From: Bugula neritina
Taxonomy: Eukaryota > Animalia > Bryozoa
Direction of reading: 5' to 3'
Length of the DNA stretch: 64,000 nucleotides
NCBI GenBank assembly: GCA_964035545.1
Contig: OZ037768.1
Span: 11,440,741 to 11,504,740 of the forward strand
Position numbers and translations under genes: made by a program. This document shows positions 52,585 to 64,000 of the stretch, one piece after another (position 1 is the stretch's first letter; each line of letters opens with the position of its first letter). The notes under the pieces were generated by a model, which saw only the letters and a list, made by a program, of their open reading frames with translations, ran no database searches and had not been told where the DNA came from.

Positions 52585-55500
52585 TCAGCTCATATTTCCA
52601 GCCTGCAACAAGTTAACAGCAAGAAGAGAGGCACTGCCAACGTTGTTCATATTTTGAGACAAACATTTAGGAATGTCAAAAACTTCACGATTACATTGTG
52701 CCTTTTTGTATCTTACAATACAATCTGGATCAGGAGATCTTAATATTTGGAAGTCCTTCATGCCCAATAATAGTTTGTAAAGTGTTTTTGTATTAGTTTC
52801 TTCTTTCCATCGTCTTAAGAAGTCACCTGTGAAAAATGCGATATGTTCAAACCATTGATCATCAAAATGCCCTGTAGACCTGGCAATGTCCATATCTTTC
52901 GCAGTAGTGCTTGAAACGAGTGATGAGTCATATTGCCAAAATGCGATTGGTGCGTATGCTTGCCTGCCCATGTGAACATTGTGTCGTATTCTTGTTGTGA
53001 TGTTCTCGAACAGCCTTGTAGACAGTGTGCTAGTGAATATCACGCTATTAGGTGAAACTTCATTGGCTAACTGGGCAGTAATATCTGTTGTTGTAACATT
53101 TTGACCATGAAGAAATCTCAGTTGTATCACTTGACTGAGTTTATAGCGCACTCGAAAGTTGCTGACGTATTCTTTTACTTTACCAAATACATCCTTGTAC
53201 CCCAACCGATATTGTTTATGTTCTTCATCACTGAAATCATAATACATGTAGATATTGTATTATACAGTACTAAAACATGCTCCATAGCAATGTGACTTCT
53301 GGTATACATTTACATTGAAAATATGATTATTTTACCTGAGAAAAATTCCTACCACAAAGCCTAAAGCTATTGGCAAACAATCTGTGCAATGTTAGCTCTT
53401 AAGCCATGTATAACAATTGTGTGTCATGAACATAATATATTATTAACCTTTAATAAATATTGCAGCATTGATTCTAGATTTTTTCATTTAATAACAGCTA
53501 ATGCTACCAATGCATGGTGCAGAGATTAAATTATGTTTTCAACAGCATGCATCTTATTTGTCTTTTATAGATAGACTGTTAGTGGTCATGGATTTTAATA
53601 AATTTGTATTACCTGTAAATTAAGGTCAAATGTAGATGTAGATGGGAGTCTTTGTTAAAGGAGAGAAGAAAATTTGACAGTAATGACTCCAAGTCTTCAG
53701 TTGTAGCTTCATAAACTGGCACAGCTATGTGAAGCAATGTTGTCTCTGGATTAACTTCCACGTGTTGCATTTTAAATTGAGTCAATGGCGTTGCTACTTC
53801 AAACAATCTCGTTTCATACAAATCACTGCAATATTACATATTATAACAATTTTTAGTACAAGTTTACCTTTTATATATGGATATACGCATACAAGAAAAT
53901 AATCTTAAAAAATTACTCCAATGAAACGTATAAACTGAAACTAGCTAAAGGTTACATATTAGTTTCACAAAAACATTCCTTATAAATATCCCCCTGACTA
54001 TAACAGTAGAGAAAAGCTGTAAATTAGTGAACTATAGTCATTAGCAAGATAGAGAGATCAGTCATACTCTAGGTGTTACAGCACTGGCCAGTAAGCTATG
54101 TTATGGAATGTCAACAAAGCTGTTGGTGCCAGGAAGGGTGTCTAGTCATAATCTTTCCTGTGCTGTAAGTAGACACCCTTAAACTATGTTGCCAACACAG
54201 TTAGACACACAGGCTTTAACCTATTTGCAACCCTCATCATCAGAGATTCTTAGAGAGATGAAAACTTCAAACACATCAACAGTACACTCACCTTATTCTA
54301 TCATAAAGTGAGAGTGTGATAAAATAGTCCATTCCTCTCGTAGGATCTACACGGTAGTAGCATTGCTTCATCTTTATTAACCGATATCTGTCTGTCAATC
54401 TATTTATTGATGACATTATGCTCTCAATTATCTCCCTTTGGTGTGTCATATAACTAACTGCAAATATTAAAATTAAAATGTTTATTGGAGGCTTACAGCA
54501 ATAGTCAAACTATAAGCAATGTTATAAATTGAATAAAAAAAATAATCGCGTCTACTTTTAGTTAAATGATTAAAACATTATGATACACCATAAGACATTT
54601 AATTTATAATATTTTTGCTATAAATATTCACTCAGACAATCTAAAGACAGTGTTTATGTCTTTTTATGAGCCAGCGTTTGTGTTTACTGATAATAGATGT
54701 TGGTGCATTTCGCTACTGTTACACGGGCGTTTTGGTAACAGCTAAGTATGAAACTGTTTTCCTAAGTATATTGTGAGATACTTTCTGCCAGTAAGTGCAG
54801 TACAAACACTGATTTTGCTGTAGCTGTACTCTATCTATTGGTTTTCTCATACACTGAACTGTATAAGTGTATTTAGTTATGCTCATTTTTGATAGTTTAT
54901 TAAAGCAATGGTTGTGAATGTTTCATTGGTTCTTTACTGCGTGCCTAAAAATGTCCAAACTAATTTTTAACTGAGCTTCTATAGATGAATATAAATATGA
55001 ATATAAAACCTCTGTATTTTAAATTACAGTTTGCATATATAATGCAGTTGACAATTCTCACATGATATTTTACACAGCAGATAATAAAAGCAAAACTAAT
55101 AAAATTAACACCTCTATTTTTGGCAACTTTAGTTGCTGTCAAGTGCTTTACATAGTTTTGTTGTAGAGCAGCAATAGCTAGAATTTGGTTCACATCCTGA
55201 AAAGTTTAAGATACATGCAATTTACTTCAAACTGCAGCAATTTACACTGACTTTAAACACCCTATAGTTGCTTCAAGAAATCTTTGGTACATTGTGGTCT
55301 TTATAGCACTGCTTAACATTGTTTTATCTAAACAATGTGTTAATTATTAACAAAAAAAATTAAAAATTTGTAGTTATCATGCTTCTATTTAAAATAAAAG
55401 AAATTAATATTATCCTAAAATGGTAACGTTATTGGAACATTTACCCTTCTCTCCTACCTTGTAAAGGTTGACTGTTGACCAGGTCATACTCTAGATAGCT

Positions 55501-58500
55501 GGTGTTATCAGAGACCAACGTCCACCGAATTACATCAAATCGATTAGATGTATGAAATGGAGCTCTGTCAGCAGGAGGCCAGTCGGCAGCAGCTGTTTTA
55601 GCTGAGTCTGCTAACTTCATAATTTTCAAAACTGTATCTTTTATTTCGGCTTTAGCCAAAGACCTGAAATGATAAATGTACACGCTTTACATTTGCTTCT
55701 GGTACTGTGTTCTGTAACTCATCTTTAATAACCCTATTTTTTGTTGTATTAAAATGAACAAATTTAAAGTGGAAACTAATTGAGATTGGGAAAATAACGT
55801 TTTATTTACTCATTTCACTCGAAGGTTGGAATTTCCAAAATGATTATAATTCAAAGCATTTTGGAAATTCCGAGTAATTAAGTGTGTAGTTGAACAACAA
55901 AAAATCTATAGGTGCAATAGTTTCTAATATGCGAAATTTTTGTAACAATACAACAATATTTTTTGCTAATAAAACTCAACTATAAATAATATTGCTGCAT
56001 AATATTATTTAACTATTATTAACTTTAATCAAGGTTTGTTGGCGATATATAAAGATAACATGTATATTATTTTAGTTTTGTAATAATCCAAGACTTATAT
56101 AACCTAATAATATCATAATGTTAGCTATTAATCAAGAGGTGAGTGGACAGGAATTGCTATTTTTATCTGGTTAACCAATCACAGAACTCCACACATCTAA
56201 CCCCGAAAACTTTTTAACCATAAGGTTAGAAGGTGACACCAATTTAACAAGTTTTACTTATGATTTAAATTACTAACAAATGGTGGTTATTAAAGCTATA
56301 CTTTCATCAATAACAAGCATTTAAATTGAGAAGGCAGCTTTAATTCTCAAAATACTTCTTAAAATCATACTATAAAATAAAGAATATGTGTGGAGTGAGC
56401 CACTATCCACTACACTACCAGATCAATCCTAGAAAGGAAACAATGAGCTTACAAGAGTTCACTACAGGTTACACAAGGGGGGGGGGAATTTACAGGTTTT
56501 AGGAAACGGACAAAACTGTTGGCTGCTCTATTTTAATCTAACTTCAGCATCCATTCATGATTTCTCCAGTATTTGTTGGCATGAGTCTTGTCTAATGAGT
56601 TTAGACTTTTATAAATTTCTAAGAGATGACAATTATTATAATATGGTACAGCTTGTTAAGGTAAATGTAATTTAATATTGCCTTTTCTTTTACAGTTTTA
56701 ATGCTTGCATATTACCTTCTAATATTTAAAATCTGTTGTTTTGTTGTAATTCCAGGAATAATGGGAACATTGTTTGGTACAGGTTCATTGGACTTCAGTT
56801 TGTACTCGTGCAGGTGCTGCTCCTAAAGCACAGGAGTTATTTGTCAAAACAAAAACCGTTTTCAAAACAGGGAAATGTAGTTTGAAATAAAAGTTGTGAA
56901 GCGCAGGCTCTTGCATAGCAAACTATTAGCTTTTACTGCCACCCTATACATACCAGAGGTTCACATTTGGTTGATGTAGCCAACCTGATGCACTCATCCA
57001 GGGCAGTGAGGCTGTTTGAATTAGTCTTAAACTTTTGTTCACATTCTTCCATTTTCTTTGCGACTTGAAAGAGTGTTGTCTGAAAAAAAACAGATTATAT
57101 ATTATTTTTAAAGTTCAAAGGATATATTTAAGGGCAGTTGACAGTGGTTATAGAATTTTAGTGAAACTGTTTTAATTGCAAATTGACATTTATTCCATTT
57201 ATGAGTGAGTTGCACTGCCTTGTGGTCTTCCCATTCTTATCCATTCTCTTTAATAGTTATAACATAGTTGCAGGGTGGTTGAACAGTTGAACTTTATAGA
57301 ATTACAACCATTTGTTCAAGGTTCAGTGGGGGTACTGGAAAGCATTGGTGTTATATATTAATAGCCCATATCTGTATTGAAATCTCAAGGAAAAAGCTAT
57401 AAATAATTGACAGCCATAATCAGCATGGAATCTGTCTAATTATTACACTACTAATACGAAGCCTGGAAGTTGGCACAATAACTCAATATGGTGGTTTCTG
57501 CCTTTCAATAATCTGCCTCTGCTGCACATTCTTTCTCCCAGCACAAGTTTAGCTGCTATTGTATACATATACATATAAATGACAGTATTGTCTCGGGATG
57601 TAATGTGGGTGCATTTTTATCATATTTAGCCGCAATAAAATGATAGTAATTGCATCGAAAATATATAACAGATAGCCACGTATTTATAGAACAAACATTC
57701 ATAAAATATTGTAATCATATTCTCTGCTAATTCCAACAGCTTCTGTAAGACTTCAATACATTTAATGCAAATAATGTCAGAATGTAGCAGAAGCACAGGT
57801 GCCAAAACCTATAATTAGCATTTAGAGTGAATTAATTAGTGACGCAGCCGGAACCATGAGGAAGTATTATATTATAAACAAAAGATTTCTTGTTAATCAA
57901 CTACAGTACTTGTCTAGTAACCACCAACTGCGCAGACAGCTTATAATACAATAGGGTCTGTTGTCACAGCTATAAGGGTCGAGTTACAGCTCCACAAAGC
58001 ACTGCAAGGCCCTAAAGTTTCAAGTTGACATCCTACCACCCGACAGAGGTTACATAATGGATTCATTCATAGCAATTTTCACATTACATCAAGTATACAC
58101 CTCAAACATTCATTGTTGAATAGTAATTCTGAGAGAGTTGCAGGAAGATTTTTATAAAATTGTTATCTGTCATTACATTGTGATGCTTTAACTTTTCCAA
58201 TTATACACGTCATTCCCATACATCGAATTAATCCATCTGTACAATGGATTTGTGGCTTCGGTTTGAATTAACCTTATGATTGTGGTTTGGTTTCATTAGT
58301 TTGACCCATGAAAAATCAATTCAATATTGAAGTATGGAAAAGCAGTGATAACAAACTCATTTAACAATGGTAAAATAATGAATGGCTGTACTTTTTGTTA
58401 TTGCTGCAGCATTGGAATTTTCAATTTGATAATGTAGTATTAAAATAATTTTATATTTGCTTCAAGTAACTTGTCCTTAGTGATGACTTCATGCTTTCTA

Positions 58501-59236
58501 TGCAGGTTGTACTCACCCTGGAGAGAATAATACCAGATGACAGATCACATTGAGAGCTGGTAGAGGAGACAAATCCTAAATATGGCCGAGTGTCACGTCC
58601 TTGGAGGATATCTGAGAGAGTTGATGGAATGACATACACCGTGTCAGGCACCAGCATGAAGTACTTATACTTGCTTCTCAAAGTAGTCATGTATTTAATG
58701 GTAAGTAAAGGTAATGTATTTGGTTGTAGAAGATTCAGTTTCACTAAAGATGGATGAATGTTTAGTTTATTGTGTGATGACTGACTTCCTTCTATGAAAA
58801 ACTTGATTGATGCTGTAAAACCAGAAGACGAAGAGACTAAGGTCTTGTTGAGTGCATCAATACGACCACTCAGCTGTTGGTCACTACTCAAATAGCCAAT
58901 AAACAAAGTCTCCATAATGTCTATTTCAGAACTAGCAAACCGATGTCTGAAAGGTCTCTTCGCCACATTCTCCTCGTTTTGGTTTGATTTAATCAGATTA
59001 GGTTGATATTTCTCATCCCGAAAAGACTGAATGTCAATGCCATGTGAAAGATGACCGTGGTGGTTAGCTTTGGAGCCTGTAGTTGAAATCTCACTTGGCG
59101 ATAGCTTCACTAAACTTCTCTTGCATTCTTTTTCTTCCAAAAATGGTAGTAATAATAAGCTTAAGGATGCTCCAATAAGAATTCCAAATATCAATGGTAC
59201 AGCCACTTTAGTACACGACAGCATACGCCTCAGCAT
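52585..59236 (-). CDS. CHPF: Chondroitin polymerizing factor / chondroitin sulfate synthase 2-like protein, copy A (~727 aa)
   Basis: Exons 59236-58517, 57079-56954, 56822-56716, 55663-55458, 54457-54292, 53825-53613, 53230-52585; total 2184 nt, phases consistent. Type II TM anchor; CHPF-type motifs [69 protein letters not shown]. Confidence 0.92.
54060..54185 (+). mobile_element. tRNA-derived SINE, very degenerate intronic copy
   Basis: ggtgccaggaagggtgtctagtcataatctttcctgtg matches the SINE body. Confidence 0.5.
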
Positions 59237-59342
59237 GATTCGATTCTAAACTTCTTTCTCACGGGCCTTGACTCAGAGCGCTACTTCAACACTGAGTGAA
59301 TTTATTATATACTGAGCTACAATATTTAGATAGCTGTGCTGC

Positions 59343-59356
59343 AAGGTCATGACCTT
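59343..59356. promoter_or_regulatory. Perfect IR0 nuclear-receptor-type palindrome AAGGTCATGACCTT upstream of CHPF copy A
   Basis: Lies ~110 bp upstream of the ATG; an AP-1 consensus TGACTCA is at 59269-59275. Function not shown. Confidence 0.35.
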
Positions 59357-60302
59357 TTGTACCCCTTTGTTCACATTTAGCCGAGGCTGTTTCGACAGAT
59401 AATAAGCTTGACAGTAGAATGTGTGAAGTTATGCATTGCAATAGATTACGATTGTAAAAACAAAAAAGAGGATGTGGTTTAAAGATATGTAAGAGATTAA
59501 CTAATAGCCCATTAGTCGATCTTTTAGTCAGCTATATGGCTTACAAAGCCTTTGACAGCCTGTAATAGCTTATAAGAAATAAGACTAAACGCTGCTAAGC
59601 TCAAAACAGTATGCCTATCTCTGATTCTAGGTATTAACTTGTTGATTATAGCAAAAAGAATTGATCAGAATTTGAGGCCACCTCAAAACATTAAATAATA
59701 TTTTTCATAACCAGAACTGCGATGCCATCATGTGTACAAAAGAAGTCAAAAAGTCATTTTTATACCATTTAAAAACACAATCGTTGGTTCTATCAGTAAA
59801 CACAATATTTTGACTTAGAAATGTTAGCAAAACCATATGTTCTCAAAGCTGCTTGGTAAGTGAAATATTAACTCTTAGCTTCATTTAAAAGACAACTCTA
59901 AAGGTAATGAAAATATTTTACTACCTACATTGTTTATATTATGTAATATTTGCTTATTTTTGTGATCAGCTAACCTTTCTGTACTGTAATATTTACTGTA
60001 TTATTATAATTTCTCTCACAAATTCAGCTTTTGAAAGTATTTTTTCATATGTATTTCATTGCCTATAATTAATAGATTGTTGGGTATAAAATGTGTTTTT
60101 TTAGAATTCAAGTCATATTGTAGTGAGTTTCAAGGCCAAATTAAAAGCTGCATTAATTATGGTAGGTAAAAATTTTACCTTGCCATGCTTGAATTCCTGC
60201 TGACAAAAGCAGCTCTTTCAATGACTGCTGTCAATAATAGATGGCATATGTAGTATTATTATTATAATGATTCTTAATATCTTTAAAAGCAATTTTATTT
60301 GT

Positions 60303-63300
60303 TTAGTTAATAATTCCCCCACCCAATAGTAGTTTGGCCAAGATGAATTTACTTGAAATCTGATTAACATTTTGAGAGTCACATAACTGTTGACTAAACG
60401 TATTATTAATACTTCCACAGTGCCGTTCTCTATATTCTACCACACAGCCAGGATCGGGAGATCTGAAGATGGTGTAGGTTGGTGTTGCAGAGAATAGCTG
60501 GTAAACTGTAGATATTTTACTTTTCAAAGATTTCCAGACTCTAACAAAGTCACTCACAAAAAACGCCATGTGATCGGACCATTGTTTGGCAAACTGTCCG
60601 GTAAGACGGGAAATAATATGGCGTCTGCTCGACATGTGACTCAGCTTGCTGGTGCTAATGTTGTATTTCCAGAATGCTATTGGTACAAACACCTGTTTCC
60701 CCTGCAGAACATTTAAAAGCAGACGTTCGATGAAGTTAAGAGACAGGCGTGTTTCAAGTGAGCTTGACAAGACTACTGAATCCAGTGGCATGTCTTTGAC
60801 AGCTTCATTCATTAGTTCTGCTGGCGAGTGATGTGTGCCATGGATCATCCTCAGCTTTATCATCATGTCATCTCTCACTTCCTGCTGGAACTGGTAGATC
60901 TGTTTCTTAACTTCTTTAAAAACATCATGTGATCCAGTTTGGTAGTCAACAAAATGCTCTTGGCTAAAAGAGTACAGCAAGTTAGTGTTGAAGAGGAAAA
61001 GTAAGATTGATTAAATAAAATGAAAATTGAATTAATTTATTGATTGAATCTATTAAATACACTATAACGTAGTTTATACTTTTAGAAAGAAACGTTAAAC
61101 ACATGTAGATTAATAATTTCAAACCAAGGAAAATCAATATTGATTAATTTAAAACACTTGTGTTCCTTTGTTTCTATCAAATGTGATATGATTGCTCTAA
61201 GGTATACATAATTTTAATATAATAATATAATGATGTACTAATAAAATGAAATACATCAAATAGTTGTTATGGTGGTGCATCTATGAGTACTGTACCCTCT
61301 CCTCTGGCCTACCAGAGAACAGTATATAATGCCAGTAGAAACCTAACAGTGGCTTTCCATGCTTTACATGTCACATATGCGCACCTAGAAATGTTAAAAT
61401 TATTTACATTAAGGTGGTGCTGAGGAAAATTGCTTCATGGAGCATTTGTAGCATAGAAACTGACACATTATTTTAATGATATAAAGTAAGATCCTTCAAT
61501 TCAGAAAAGTGGCAAAGGACCAATCATTCACTCCACTCATGCCTTCAAACCTTTACACAGCTTAACAATTTTTCCTACACTGGAGAAATAAAAATTTAGG
61601 TTTCTGTGACTCATGGTGAAGCTTTGGATAAAAAATATTCTACTTTGGATTCATGTTTAGAGGTGTCTGTGTGCAGATTCTGACTAAAATTTAACAATAT
61701 TTCTCTCTTTTTTCCTGCAATGTCAGCCTAATAAGCCAATGGTATATGAAGCATTATGAAAATGGTCATGGGGAAGTGAAAGACAACTCTTACTACTGCT
61801 AGCCACTAAAATTGTTTTGAGCCAATATCATTATAATATCCCGAGTGTTTTATTCATCAAGACTTTGTATGTTGATTGCTGACATCTATTTCATAGACAT
61901 CTCGATATGTTATAGTCTACAAATGTTGCTGTTAATTACAGCATAATGAATAAATTAATTACTAGCAACTTTTACGTGATCTGTACAACTGACGAACCTA
62001 TATATAAGAAGAAAATGGAGAGATATGAGTGGAATATTCTGGTAGAGTACAAGATAGTTACTGAGGAGTAGATGCAAGCCCTGAGGCATGGTCTCATACA
62101 AGGTTACAACTACTTGTAGCGGCACAACTTCAGTTTCCACTGGAATCGAAGTCATCTGAAACTGTGTTAAAGGTTTCACAACTTCAAACAATCTAATTTC
62201 GTTCTTGTTTCTGCAACACATTAGAGCAAAACATTGATTTATTTTTTAGAGTTATTATTCCATAATCTTTGTTGGTTTCCATATTACAAAATACATTATT
62301 ACATTAGATAACTCCACATTTCACTAAATTAATTAAAACAACTCCTAAGCGGTAAATTACATACATGTGCATTTTATTTTGATTGACTTATTTGTGTTTA
62401 TATTGACTATTACTTTGTTATATGAAAAATGCATGTCTTAGTGATCAATTTTTTTGAACTATACTACTTGCCCTTTACATCAGACTCAGATAATGGCCAA
62501 AAATATTGTTCAATCATGCAGATTTCATTTTTGAAACAAAACGTTTACATATGAAATCTACACTTTAAGTCAACAGTTACAAATCTTGCAATCAAAAACT
62601 TTTTATTTGTTCCATTAAAGATGAGAAGTATAAAGCAGCTATAGGCCACCATTAGTCTAATATAAATTAGCGTGTAATTTTTCTAAACTATACCTCAAAC
62701 AGTTAAATAATTATTGCTGAATGACAGTCTAGCAACATATTGCTGATATATAAATTATTGAAAGAAAGTTGACAGAATTTTACATATTGACAGCAACATA
62801 AATTTAGGGGGTAATTATTCAGATTTACTGAAAAATAATACGCTGTAATGTGCTCAAGGTTTTGTAGTTCCATCTCTTTACTTGACTCCCCTATGAATGT
62901 TTTTTAAACAGTTGTAGAGGTCAATTATTTGAAGTCTGCAGCTTAATAATGATGCACGCAGCAGTTTATTATATAAAATGTTTGTCTAAGTTGCAGAGCC
63001 ATTGATGTTAAATGCAGATTTGACATACTAAAAGGCATATTTCAACATTTATATTCATGTAGAATAATCAAAGTTCTGAAGAGGGTGATGCAATTGATGT
63101 AATATTTCAAGGCCAAAATGTGCATATATATAATATTATATTGTAGTGAATTTTATACACATAAATCTGTGAAGAAAAACAACCAAGACATGCAGTAGCC
63201 TAATGATTGGACTAAATTTGAAGACAGGAGACTGCATTTCAACATGAACTTACAGAAATGTGTTGTGCAGCAAAAGCGTGATAAATAACTCTAATCCTCT

Positions 63301-63720
63301 GGTTGGATCGGCACGAGAATAGTATTGAATTATTTTTTGCAGATGAAATTTTGGAGAAGGAAAGTTAAGATGAGACAAGATACTTCTTACTGCTTGGTTC
63401 ACCAGTTGATCACCTGTTGCATGAGTTGAAGGTTTACATGTAAGATTATTGGTGGTTGCATAAAAAGTTTAACAGCAAAAATTCAATTGAAGACAACTTA
63501 AGGCTTAAAGAATGCACTTGTTACCTTGCAAAGGTTGGCTGTTGACCAGGTCATACTCTAGATAGCTGGTGTTATCAGAGACCAATGTCCACCGAATTAC
63601 ATCAAATCGATTAGATGTATGAAATGGAGTTCTGGCAGCAGGAGGCCAACTTACAACACCTGGTAACATGTTTGAACTGCTGCATATGACATTTATGTTA
63701 TCCTCCACACCTCTTAGCTC

Positions 63721-63736
<16 letters not shown>
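60303..63736 (-). CDS. CHPF: CHPF-like protein, copy B (last four exons; 5' part lies beyond the window)
   Basis: Exons 63736-63525, 63413-63254 ([15 protein letters not shown]), 62210-61998, 60963-60303. Intron phases match copy A and the penultimate exon is 213 nt in both; frame is open to the stop. Confidence 0.9.
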
Positions 63737-63884
<148 letters not shown>

Positions 63885-64000
63885 TTGTTATAGAGTATAA
63901 ACATAATAAACTCTCTAGAAGTTTGGATTTTCTTTTATAATTTTTTGGTTTTATTTTAGTGTTCAACCAATCTACTGATTAGTCAATAAAATTTGCCATT

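Noticed and set aside
54960-55196. 77-aa ORF as a CHPF exon
   Set aside because: Its acceptor is phase 0 after a phase 1 donor and it lacks CHPF motifs; the true exon is 54457-54292 (VDPTRG).

Overview
AT-rich, intron-rich invertebrate (metazoan) genomic DNA; nothing prokaryotic. Exon models were assembled by hand from GT-AG sites and reading phase. Genes: (i) three tandem minus-strand paralogues (24.9-41.6 kb) encoding small type-I membrane proteins with a signal peptide, one divergent Cys-rich CUB-like domain and a TM helix; one has a long PPxY tail and two have ~16-22 aa tails ending in Tyr; (ii) a plus-strand gene with 9 coding exons (45087-51148, 525 aa) resembling the synaptonemal-complex protein SIX6OS1/C14orf39; (iii) two tandem minus-strand CHPF-like genes (one complete, 727 aa; one cut by the window end) that share a 127-bp near-identical tract. 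The first 24 kb is mostly transposon debris: an AcademX relic, an RTE LINE, a decayed large LINE, tRNA-derived SINEs and MITEs. It also holds a well-formed type I hammerhead ribozyme between two (TA)n tracts. Other oddities: a perfect 79-bp palindrome, ~40-bp RTE insertions with TSDs, a 164-bp fold-back over a splice acceptor, and TpA-rich tracts just downstream of each candidate promoter. Homology calls come from remembered motifs, not database searches.
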